DNA of 64,000 nucleotides from Nannocystis bainbridge (GTDB taxonomy: Bacteria; Myxococcota_A; Polyangia; Nannocystales; Nannocystaceae), in NCBI RefSeq assembly GCF_028368995.1, contig NZ_JAQNDL010000002.1, positions 1,216,001 through 1,280,000 on the forward strand, given 5' to 3'. The translations under genes were made by a program, and so were the position numbers. This document shows positions 51,823 through 60,375 of the stretch, one piece after another. The notes under the pieces were generated by a model, which saw nothing but the letters and a program-made list of their open reading frames with translations, did not search any database and was not told the origin of the DNA. Each line of letters begins with the position of its first letter. The stretch's first letter is position 1.

Positions 51823-52880
51823 CCCCAGGCCGCCGCGCCGGGCCTCGCGGGGCCGGCGGCGAGGCGGCGGGTGCTGGTCGTTCGGGCAGGTCCGAATGGA
51901 CAGGTCCGAAACGACAGGCAGGGGGGCGACCGGGAGCTGGTCGTTCGGGCAGGTCCGAAGGGACAGGTCCAAAACGACAGGCGGAGGGCGGCTCGCTCGC
52001 GCGGGCGATCGAGGCGTACCTCGAGCACCTGAAGGTCGAGCGGCGGCTGCGGCCCAACTCGCTGCTGGCGTACGGCGGCGACCTCGAGGCGTTCGCGGCC
52101 CACGCGGAGGCGGCGGAGGTCGAGGCGCTGGCGGCGGTGTCGCCGGCGCTGTTGCTGCGCTTCGCGGTCGGGTTGGCGCAGGCGGGGCTGTCGCCGCGCA
52201 GCCAGGCGCGGCGGCTGACGGCGGTGCGCGGGCTGTTTCGGTTCCTGCGCGAGGAGGGCCAGCTCGAGGTCGACCCGGCCCAGGCGCTGCGCCTACCGAA
52301 GCTGCCCAAGCGCTTGCCGGAGCTGCTGAGCCGCGGCGAGGTCGAGGCGCTGCTGGTCGCGCCGGGGCAGGACGGCCCGCTGGCGCTGCGCGACACGGCG
52401 CTGCTCGAGCTGCTCTATGCGACAGGTTGCCGGATCTCCGAGGCCCTCGATCTGACCCTCGATCGGCTCTACCTCGATCAAGCGATTGTGCGGCTCACCG
52501 GCAAGGGGGACAAGCAGCGGCTGGTGCCGCTCGGCTCGCCCGCGATCGCGGCGCTGCAGGCGTGGCTGACGAGCGGACGACCGGAGTTGGTGCGCGGCTC
52601 GCTGCGCTGGGTGTTCGTCAACCATCGTGGGGGCAAGCTGTCGCGCGTGGGTTTCTTCCTCAAGCTGCGGGAGCACGCGCTGGCGGCCGGCATCACGCGC
52701 CCGATCTCGCCGCACAAGCTGCGGCACAGCTTCGCCACGCATCTGCTCGAGGGCGGCGCCGACCTGCGCGCCGTGCAGGCGCTGCTCGGGCACGCGGACA
52801 TCGCCACGACGGAAATCTACACGCACGTGACGCGCGACCACCTGCGCGAGCGCCACAAGCGGCACCACCCGCGGGCGTGA
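51819..52880 (+). CDS. xerD: Tyrosine recombinase XerD with N-terminal extension
   Basis: LYATGCRISE, GKGDKQRLVP, SPHKLRHSFATHLL, LLGHADIATTEIYTH and HHPRA motifs; GTGA coupling to cheY. Confidence 0.92.
   Translation: MTPGRRAGPRGAGGEAAGAGRSGRSEWTGPKRQAGGRPGAGRSGRSEGTGPKRQAEGGSLARAIEAYLEHLKVERRLRPNSLLAYGGDLEAFAAHAEAAEVEALAAVSPALLLRFAVGLAQAGLSPRSQARRLTAVRGLFRFLREEGQLEVDPAQALRLPKLPKRLPELLSRGEVEALLVAPGQDGPLALRDTALLELLYATGCRISEALDLTLDRLYLDQAIVRLTGKGDKQRLVPLGSPAIAALQAWLTSGRPELVRGSLRWVFVNHRGGKLSRVGFFLKLREHALAAGITRPISPHKLRHSFATHLLEGGADLRAVQALLGHADIATTEIYTHVTRDHLRERHKRHHPRA
51871..51985. repeat. 63-bp duplication built from 14-bp-phased GACAGG units at the xerD 5' end
   Basis: gctggtcgttcg-ggcaggtccgaa(tg/gg)-gacaggtcc(g/a)aaac-gacagg at 51873 and 51936. 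Confidence 0.85.
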
Positions 52881-53061
52881 AGGCAGCGCCGACGCGAGCG
52901 GCGTGATGGGCGAGGACCCGCCGGCACGCACGACGGGGGCGCGCTGCCGGGGCGGGCTCACGATCGTGAGCCCGCGAGCGTGGGGATGGGCGTGAGGTGT
53001 TCGAGGCGCGAGCGGCGGCCGGACGGCCAGAGCCGTGCGCGACGCCGGGACACGTGGCCGC

Positions 53062-53117
53062 GAGATGGCGGAATGGACATGGCGGAACGGGCATGTCCGA
53101 TCGGTCATGTATGCTCC
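53062..53117. repeat. 14-bp-phased array (4 units)
   Basis: gagatggcggaatg / gacatggcggaacg / ggcatgtccgatcg / gtcatg... Confidence 0.85.
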
Positions 53118-53209
53118 GTGTCGGCGGGCGCGGACGGGGCGGCGGGGCCGGAATTTGCGCCGGCTCACGCCGCCAGGGGGCCGGGTCTGCGAGCGCGGGG
53201 GCCCGAGGT

Positions 53210-53238
53210 TTGACTCGGGCGGGCGCGGGCGGTAATTT
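53210..53238 (+). promoter_or_regulatory. Sigma70-like promoter for the S2P-scpA-scpB-rluB run
   Basis: TTGACT-17 bp-TAATTT. Confidence 0.6.
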
Positions 53239-53269
53239 TGTAGGGTCCCGCTCTCGCGGGCCTCTCGCC

Positions 53270-54004
53270 GTGGATCGCGCCTTCTCCCAAATTGCAGTGC
53301 TCGGTCTGCTCGGCGTCCAGGCCGCCGACGTCCGGCGCATGCTGGTCTTCGTCGTCTGCCTGGTGCTCGCCACGGCGGTTCACGAGTTCGCCCACGCCTA
53401 CACGGCCGACCGCCTCGGCGACCCGACGCCCGGGCGCGAGGGTCGCCTGACCCTCAACCCGCTGGCGCACGCCGACCCGATCGGCACCATCGCCCTGCCG
53501 CTGTTCGCCGGGCTGACGCACGCGCCGCTGTTCGGCTGGGGCCGGCCCGTCAACACCCAGCCCCGCTATTACAACCGCAAGCTCAGCATGCGCGGTGGCA
53601 TGGCGCTGGTCGCGTTCGCGGGGCCGCTGTCGAACATCCTGCAGGCGCTGCTGGTGGCGCTGCTGGTCCTGGGCCTGGTGGCGGGCGGCGTCAGCCCCGA
53701 CGCGCACGCCAGCGTGTTCGGGGTGCTCGGCCTGTTCTTCATCATGAACATCACGCTGGCGGTGTTCAACCTGCTGCCGGTGCACCCGCTGGACGGCGGC
53801 AAGGTGCTGGCGTGGCTGCTCCCGTCGCGCGCGCAGGCGGTCGACGATTTCCTGGCGAAGTGGGGCTGGGCGCTGCTGCTGGCGCTGCTGCTGTCACCCG
53901 CGCTGGCCATGATCTTTCAGCCGGTGATGCAGCTGGCGTACAAGACCATGGCCCTCGTCGACGTCCGCTGGCTCGCCGCCCTCGCCGAGCTGCTGGGGCG
54001 CTGA
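53270..54004 (+). CDS. Site-2 protease (M50 family); start uncertain
   Basis: HEFAH, LGDPTP..EGRLTLNPLAH.DPIG, AGPLSN and FNLLPVHPLDG motifs. Confidence 0.93.
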   Translation: MDRAFSQIAVLGLLGVQAADVRRMLVFVVCLVLATAVHEFAHAYTADRLGDPTPGREGRLTLNPLAHADPIGTIALPLFAGLTHAPLFGWGRPVNTQPRYYNRKLSMRGGMALVAFAGPLSNILQALLVALLVLGLVAGGVSPDAHASVFGVLGLFFIMNITLAVFNLLPVHPLDGGKVLAWLLPSRAQAVDDFLAKWGWALLLALLLSPALAMIFQPVMQLAYKTMALVDVRWLAALAELLGR

Positions 54005-54032
54005 AGCGGGCGAGAGCGAGCAAGAGCGGGCG

Positions 54033-57000
54033 ATGGAGCAGGGAAGCACGGGCCTCGGCGAGGGCGCTCCTCGCACGCGCGAGCGCAAAGGCCCTTCGAG
54101 CCCGGTCTATTCGGTCGAGCTCGAGGTGTTCGAGGGCCCGCTCGACCTGCTGCTGCACCTGGTGCGCAAGCACGAGCTCGACATCCTCGACATCCCGATC
54201 GCGTTCGTCGCCGAGAAGTACCTCGCGTACCTCGACGTGATGCGTCAGCTCGACCTCGAGATCGCGGGCGACTACCTGGTGATGGCGGCGACGCTGGCCT
54301 ACCTGAAGAGCCGCGAGCTGCTGCCGCCCGAGCCGCGCGCCGGCGAGGCGGGTCAGAGCGAGGAAGACGAGGGCGAGGACCCACGCGAGGCGCTGATCCG
54401 CCGGCTCGTCGAGTACGAGCGGTTCAAGCAGGCGGCGGCCGAGCTCGACTCGCTGCCGATGTCGGGCCGCGACGTGTTCGCTCGCGGCGCCGAGCTGGTG
54501 ATGCCGCCGGTCGATCCGGGGCTCGCGCCGGTGTCGCTGTTCAACCTCGCGGAGGCGTACTACCGCGTGCTCACGCGCGCGAAGGTGAAGTCGACCCACG
54601 AGGTCCAGATCGAGGCGGTGACGGTGGCCCAGCGGATCAAGCAGCTGGCGCTGATCCTCGAGGAGAAGCCGCACTTCGAGTTCGAAGAGCTGTTCCTGAA
54701 CCGCACCTGGGGCAGCGAGCGGGAGCTGCGGGCGATGGTGGTAGTGACCCTGATGTCGATCCTCGAGATGGTGAAGCTCGGGGTGGCGGGGGTGCAGCAG
54801 CCGCTCGACAGCACGACGATCCGGATCTACCGCCGCGCGTCCGCGGAGCAGACGCAGGCGGCGCTGGCCGACTACGACGAGGACGAGAGCTTCGGCGCGC
54901 CGAAGCCAAAGGCCGGCGAAGAGGAAGGCGCGCCGGCGAAGCCGCGCGAGACCGGGGCGTCGCGCGCAGCGGCGGAGGCGGAGCTCGATGCGGTCGAGGA
55001 GGCCGCGCTGCTGGCGGAGGCGCTGGCGTCGGTGCAAGAGCCCGAGGAGCCTGTCGTCGGCTACGCGGACGAGAGCGAGGATGTGGCGGCGAACGACGCC
55101 GCGAGCGAGTATGACGACGAGCCACGCCCGGCGCCGCGACGCAGCCGGAGCGAGGGCCGCCGGCCTGTGCTCGAGGACAGGGACGAGGCGATCGAGGAGA
55201 CGGCGGACGAGCGCTTCGTGATCGTCGAGGGGTCGAGCGCCGAGCCGCCGCGCGAGCACGTGAGCCGGTGGGGACGGGGCGCGGACGAAGCGGAGGAGCA
55301 GCGGGCCGGCGAGGAACTGTTGGAGCCCGGGGCGACGGCGGTGGGCGAGGATGTCCCCGGGGACATGTCGATCTCGGGGGAGCCAGGCGGAGTCGAGGAT
55401 GTCCTCGGGGACATGTCGACTGCGGCCGAGGATGCCCTCGAGGACATGCCGGGTGCTGATGCGTCGGGCGAAGATCTGTCCGCGGGTCCTGAAGATGGCC
55501 TTGTCGCGGGTGCGGGCGGAGAGATGCCCGGGGATTCGCTGGAGGCCGAAGATGTCCTTGAGGACATGCTGGCTGCGACGGACGAGACGGTCGCAATCGA
55601 GGATGTCTCGGAGGCGTTGCCGGACACAGGTGTCGCGGAGGGCCTCGAGGGTCTCTCCGGAGCGGACGATGAGCCGGCCGGGTCGGTGGAGGCCGAGGAT
55701 GTCCTTGGGGACATGCCGTTCGGGGACGACACGGCAGCAGCGACCGAATCGGGGCTGATCGCGGAGCTTGCGAGCGAGTCGGGCGAGCTGTCGAGCGCTG
55801 AGGACGAAGAATCGCCGCGCGGCGAGGATGACCTCGGGGTGCTGACGGTCGATGTCGCCGAGGACGAGGGCGACGGACGCGCATCGTTCGGCGAGCCGGA
55901 AGAGGGCGGCGGCCTGGATGTCCCTGAGGACACCTCCGTCATAGCGAGTGACGAGCGACTTTCGGCTGAAGACGAAGGTTTCTTTGAAGAAATTGCACGC
56001 GGCGTCGCGGTCGGAGCTGCGGAGGAACCACAGGAGAAATCCGAGAGCGACGAGAGCGCGGGGGCCGATGCTGGGGTCGCAGACGAGGCGCTCGCTCAGG
56101 GGGGCCTTGGTACTGGCTGGAGAGCGGGCGATGAGCCGGCCGCGTCGGTGAGGGCCGAGGATGTCCTCGGGGACATGCCGCTCGCCGACGACCAGGCAGC
56201 AGCAAGCGAGTCGGGTGAGCCTTCGGGCGCAGCGGACGAAGAGTCGCCGCGTGGCGAGCTGGACCTCGAGGCCCTGCCGGCCGACTTCGCCGAGGAAGAT
56301 AGCGACGGACGCGCATCGGCAGGGGCGGACCTGGATGTCCTCGAGGACGCATCCGGCTCCGCGGCGGGCGAGCGCCTCCTGGTTGCTGAGGAAGGTTCGT
56401 CGGCTGAAGCCGTTGCTCGCAGCGTCGCGGTCAGAGCTACCGAGGAGCCGCGGGAGGATGTTGAAAGCCTCGAGGGCGCGGCGATCGATGCTGGCTTCGC
56501 TGGCGAGGAGTCCGTCGCGGGCGAAGTCTTTGCCGACGCAGTGACGGAGGCCGCCGAGGAACTGCCGGAGCAATCCCGGAGTGACGCGAGCGTGGCGGAG
56601 GATGCGGGCTTCGCTGGCGAGGAGCTCGCCGCGGACGAAGTCATCGCCGACGCGGCGACGGAGGGAGCTGAATCCTCCAATGCCGGCGAAGGTGCCATGG
56701 CGCGCGGGGACGCGACGGAGGCCGCTGGAGCGGCTGACGGCGATACCGTGACTGTCGCAGACGTGGCGACGGAGGCGGCCGGATTTGCGGATGCGGGCGA
56801 AGACCCGGTCGTCGATACGGGGGATGTCGCTGACAGCGTCCCGGAGCGGTTGGCCGAGGCGCTGCTGCCGGAAGTTGCTAGCGACGAAGATGTCGTGACG
56901 GCAGATGCCGTCGTGCCGACGGAAGTCGCGGAGCCCGCCGACGGAGAGCGAGATGCGGCGGACGTCGCTGCCGGAGAGCGGCGCGAAGATGTCCTTGAGG

Positions 57001-57218
57001 ACATGTCTGATGTCGCGGTTCGGAAAGCCGAAGCGGTCCCCGAAGACGGCGAGGCGGGAGATCCAGCCGACGCCGGGCGCGAGACGACCGACGAGAAAGA
57101 AGCTGTCCTTTCAGACAGCGACGAAGAAGAGGCCGGCGGGTTGTTCCTCAACACCGGCGAGGGCCTCGGGGGCCGCGAGCTCGGCGACGTCGATGACGAT
57201 GAGGATGACGCGCAGTGA
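54033..57218 (+). CDS. scpA: Segregation and condensation protein A with about 790-aa acidic C-terminal extension
   Basis: FEGPLDLLLHLVRKHELDI, YLVMAATLAYLKSRELLP and ILEMVK motifs, then an E/D/A-rich tail. Confidence 0.92.
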   Translation: MEQGSTGLGEGAPRTRERKGPSSPVYSVELEVFEGPLDLLLHLVRKHELDILDIPIAFVAEKYLAYLDVMRQLDLEIAGDYLVMAATLAYLKSRELLPPEPRAGEAGQSEEDEGEDPREALIRRLVEYERFKQAAAELDSLPMSGRDVFARGAELVMPPVDPGLAPVSLFNLAEAYYRVLTRAKVKSTHEVQIEAVTVAQRIKQLALILEEKPHFEFEELFLNRTWGSERELRAMVVVTLMSILEMVKLGVAGVQQPLDSTTIRIYRRASAEQTQAALADYDEDESFGAPKPKAGEEEGAPAKPRETGASRAAAEAELDAVEEAALLAEALASVQEPEEPVVGYADESEDVAANDAASEYDDEPRPAPRRSRSEGRRPVLEDRDEAIEETADERFVIVEGSSAEPPREHVSRWGRGADEAEEQRAGEELLEPGATAVGEDVPGDMSISGEPGGVEDVLGDMSTAAEDALEDMPGADASGEDLSAGPEDGLVAGAGGEMPGDSLEAEDVLEDMLAATDETVAIEDVSEALPDTGVAEGLEGLSGADDEPAGSVEAEDVLGDMPFGDDTAAATESGLIAELASESGELSSAEDEESPRGEDDLGVLTVDVAEDEGDGRASFGEPEEGGGLDVPEDTSVIASDERLSAEDEGFFEEIARGVAVGAAEEPQEKSESDESAGADAGVADEALAQGGLGTGWRAGDEPAASVRAEDVLGDMPLADDQAAASESGEPSGAADEESPRGELDLEALPADFAEEDSDGRASAGADLDVLEDASGSAAGERLLVAEEGSSAEAVARSVAVRATEEPREDVESLEGAAIDAGFAGEESVAGEVFADAVTEAAEELPEQSRSDASVAEDAGFAGEELAADEVIADAATEGAESSNAGEGAMARGDATEAAGAADGDTVTVADVATEAAGFADAGEDPVVDTGDVADSVPERLAEALLPEVASDEDVVTADAVVPTEVAEPADGERDAADVAAGERREDVLEDMSDVAVRKAEAVPEDGEAGDPADAGRETTDEKEAVLSDSDEEEAGGLFLNTGEGLGGRELGDVDDDEDDAQ

Positions 57219-57243
57219 CGGCGGCCGTGACAGGGGGTAGGAG

Positions 57244-60200
57244 ATGGTGAAGCCGCGCAAGACGGGCCTGAAGGCCCCTCCGCGGGTGCATGCGGGCGAG
57301 AGCGTGCCGGCGGTCGAGGCCGATGCGCCCGAGCCGACGGCGGAGGCGCCGGAGGCCGAACCCGACGAGCTTGCACAGGCCGAGGTCGACGCCGCGGAGG
57401 ACGTGACGGACGAGGATGCTTCTGCGGTGGCGCAGGAGGGACCCGTCGAGGACGCGGCAGAGGCAGGGGCGAGCGATGAAGCTGCGGAGGCCGGTGAGCC
57501 AGCCTCCGAGGAAGAGACGCGCGAGGCGCCGTCGCGCCCCGTCCGCCGCGGTCGCAAGGCTGCGCGCAGCCAGAGCGCGGCCAGCGAGGCGACCGCGGAT
57601 AGCGAGCCACCGCGGAAGGGCCGGCGGGGCCGCAAGGACCGAGCGAGCGCGGGCGATGGGATCGTCGGCGAAGACAGCGAGGTCGAAGCGGGGTCGACTG
57701 CACCCGCTAGCGGGCCGGACGAGGGCGAGGGCAGCGACGAGAAACGTGCAACGGTCGAGGGATCGGAGCTGGCCGATGAGACAGGTGCTTCTGGATCTGG
57801 CGAGGGGCGAGCGCTAGACGCTGACGACGCGTCAGCCGTGGTCTCGGGTGATGCGTCGCGGGCGACCGAGGAGGCAGCCGCTTCGCAAGGGAGCGAGGGC
57901 AGTGGTTCGTCCGATTCGCAGGTGTCCGAAGGGACAGATTCCCCGGGCGCCGGCGACGATGCCCGGGTGGAGGATCCTTCGGGCGCAACGGGTGAGGCTG
58001 CGGCCGAGCTGGCCGAAGGAGCAGGTCCGGAGGATGCGATCGCGGCGGCGCTGGCTGCCGCCTCGACGCCGCGGGCCGCCACCCCGGGGGTGGTGCTCAG
58101 CGACGAGCTGCCGATCGACCCCGACGACGACCTGCGCGGGATCGAGGGCGAGGCATCGGCGCGGCTGGTGTCGATCCTCGAGAGCCTGCTGTTCTCGGCG
58201 GCCAAGCCGTTGTCGGTGAAGGACCTGCGCAAGGTGCTGCAGGAGACCAGCCAGCGGCAGATCCAGCTGGCGCTGCGTCACCTGCTGGACGTGACGAGCT
58301 CGCGCGGGGTGGTGCTCGCGCAGGTCGCGGGCGGGTTCCAGTTCCGCACCCACCCGGAGAACGCGGTGTGGGTGCAGAAGATGCTGCAGGCGAAGCCGGC
58401 GAAGCTGAGCCGCACGCAGATCGAGACGCTGGCGATCGTGGCTTACCGACAGCCGGTGACTCGTCCGGAGATCGATGACATCCGCGGGGTCGACAGCGGC
58501 GCGGTGTTGAAGTCGTTGCTCGAGCGCGAGCTGATCCAGATCGTCGGCAAGAAGGACGAGCCGGGGCGCCCGCTGCTGTACGGGACGACCGTGCGGTTCC
58601 TCGAGTTCTTCAATCTCCGTGGGCTGCGCGACCTGCCGACGCTGCGAGACTTCCGTGATCTGTCCGAGGAATCCAAGGCGACCGTGCGCGAGCGCCTCGG
58701 TGACTTGCAGATCGCAGAGGCGCTGGGTCAGGAGGTGCTGGGGTTCGCCGGTGCCGAAGGAAAGGTCCCAGAGGACATGACCCCGGGGACAGGTGCGGAG
58801 GTGCCGGGGGGCGCGGCCGGGGAAGGTGCGGGCGGCGAAGCGTCGAGCACGGGCGCGTCGCAGCTTGAAGATGCGAGCCCGCAGTCTGCGGAGACGGGCG
58901 AGGACGGAGGCGTCGTTGCCTCAGGCGAGCAGGCGGAAGACGCGGCGAGCGGTGAGGCGGCGAGCGCCGGTACGGGCGAAGCCGCGGATGATGCAGGCAG
59001 CGCGAGTCGCTCCCACGACCTGAGCCCAGCGGATGCGGACGAAACCGCAGGAGCGCGTGGCTCGGGAGAACAGCGTCCGCCCGACGATACGGATGGTGTG
59101 GGCACGGTCGGCGATGCGGATGACGCGGGGGCGACCCGTGACGCGCGGGACGCCGTTACGGTGGATGAGGCCGACGACGCGGCGGCGACGGGGGACTCGG
59201 AGAGCCTCGGCACGGTCGTCGATGCGGATGAGGCGGGAGAGCCGGAGGACTCGCGGGCTCAGAATGCGATCGACGACGAGCACGCGACGAGTCACCCGGA
59301 CTCGGAGGACGAGTCCGGTGGCGACGCGGAGGACGCGGGCGAGTCGGATAACTCGGGGGAGCCCGGTACGATTGACGCTGTGAGCGACGCTCGCGCGGCG
59401 AGGGACCCGGACTCGGAGGACGAGTCTGGTGGCGACGCGGCGAGTGAGGCGGCCTCGAGGCCGGACTCGGAAGACGCGTCTGGCGAAGCGGATGCGGTGA
59501 GTGACTCGGTCTCGGAGGATGCCGCCGGCGGTGACGCGGACGCGGCGGACGAGTCGGAGCTCGAGACTGCGGACGACGCGGACGTGGCGAGCGGCTCGGA
59601 GAGCGAGCCCGCGGACGACGCGGAGACGGCGAGCGGCTCGGACGATGAGCCGGCGGACGACGCGGAGGCGGCGAGCGGCTCGGACGACGAGTCTGCCGAC
59701 GACGCGGACGTGGCGAGCGACTCGGAAGTCGAGACCACGGGCGACGCGGACGTGGCGGGCGACTCGGAAGTCGAGACTACAGACGACGCGGACGTGGCGA
59801 GCGACTCTGACGACGGCGCTGAGGACGACGGCGTGACGAGCGAATCAGCCGCGGACGACGCTGATCCAGACGACGCGGCTGCGCGAGTGGATGGCGATCG
59901 GAAAGAAGCCCCCGAGTCGGGCGACGACACGCATGGCGGTTCCGGCTCCGCGGAAGAGGGAGAAGGACCGGGACTGAACCGCGACGACGCCCTTGAAGCC
60001 GCGCCCAGCGACGACGAGGAGGAGACCGCTGCGATCACCGATCGGCGGGTCGAGCTCGACGATGAATTCGTGACGCGAGTGGACGCCGACGAGCTCAGCG
60101 AACATGATCCTGAGGACATGTCAGGGGATGCCGCGTCGGAGCAGGACGAGGACGCGAGCGCCAGCAAGCCGGCGGATCGCGCCGAACAAGATGACGAGGA

Positions 60201-60345
60201 CGGTGAGCACGGGCTCGCCGACGAGGACGGCGAGCGTGAGCTCGCCGACGAGGGCTCCGAGGAGCGCGAGGCATTCGACGGGGCGGTCACGCCTCGTCGG
60301 AAGCCGCGCGAGCCGGGGGCCGAGGATGAAGATGCCGAGAATTGA
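57244..60345 (+). CDS. scpB: Segregation and condensation protein B with long acidic N- and C-terminal extensions
   Basis: Core ILESLLF...VAGGFQFRT...ETLAIVAYRQPVTR..IDDIRGV...GRPLLYGTT..FLEFF...DLP at about 58110-58700. Confidence 0.93.
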   Translation: MVKPRKTGLKAPPRVHAGESVPAVEADAPEPTAEAPEAEPDELAQAEVDAAEDVTDEDASAVAQEGPVEDAAEAGASDEAAEAGEPASEEETREAPSRPVRRGRKAARSQSAASEATADSEPPRKGRRGRKDRASAGDGIVGEDSEVEAGSTAPASGPDEGEGSDEKRATVEGSELADETGASGSGEGRALDADDASAVVSGDASRATEEAAASQGSEGSGSSDSQVSEGTDSPGAGDDARVEDPSGATGEAAAELAEGAGPEDAIAAALAAASTPRAATPGVVLSDELPIDPDDDLRGIEGEASARLVSILESLLFSAAKPLSVKDLRKVLQETSQRQIQLALRHLLDVTSSRGVVLAQVAGGFQFRTHPENAVWVQKMLQAKPAKLSRTQIETLAIVAYRQPVTRPEIDDIRGVDSGAVLKSLLERELIQIVGKKDEPGRPLLYGTTVRFLEFFNLRGLRDLPTLRDFRDLSEESKATVRERLGDLQIAEALGQEVLGFAGAEGKVPEDMTPGTGAEVPGGAAGEGAGGEASSTGASQLEDASPQSAETGEDGGVVASGEQAEDAASGEAASAGTGEAADDAGSASRSHDLSPADADETAGARGSGEQRPPDDTDGVGTVGDADDAGATRDARDAVTVDEADDAAATGDSESLGTVVDADEAGEPEDSRAQNAIDDEHATSHPDSEDESGGDAEDAGESDNSGEPGTIDAVSDARAARDPDSEDESGGDAASEAASRPDSEDASGEADAVSDSVSEDAAGGDADAADESELETADDADVASGSESEPADDAETASGSDDEPADDAEAASGSDDESADDADVASDSEVETTGDADVAGDSEVETTDDADVASDSDDGAEDDGVTSESAADDADPDDAAARVDGDRKEAPESGDDTHGGSGSAEEGEGPGLNRDDALEAAPSDDEEETAAITDRRVELDDEFVTRVDADELSEHDPEDMSGDAASEQDEDASASKPADRAEQDDEDGEHGLADEDGERELADEGSEEREAFDGAVTPRRKPREPGAEDEDAEN
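59569..59820 (+). repeat. 42-bp (14-aa) tandem repeat x6 in the ScpB tail
   Basis: Units at 59569, 59611, 59653, 59695, 59737, 59779 encoding ADDADVASGSESEP-like peptides. Confidence 0.85.
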
Positions 60346-60375
60346 GCCGCGAGGCGGCGCGAAGGAGCAGCGAGC

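Noticed and set aside
51819-52880. Phage integrase or genomic island boundary
   Set aside because: The sequence and the xerD-S2P-scpA-scpB-rluB context indicate housekeeping XerD; no att sites, tRNA or phage genes were seen.
59569-59820. Link between the 42-bp ScpB repeat (3x14) and the 14-bp element
   Set aside because: The repeat lacks the GACATG/GACAGG core and has no internal 14-bp period, so it is probably a coincidental 14-aa protein repeat.
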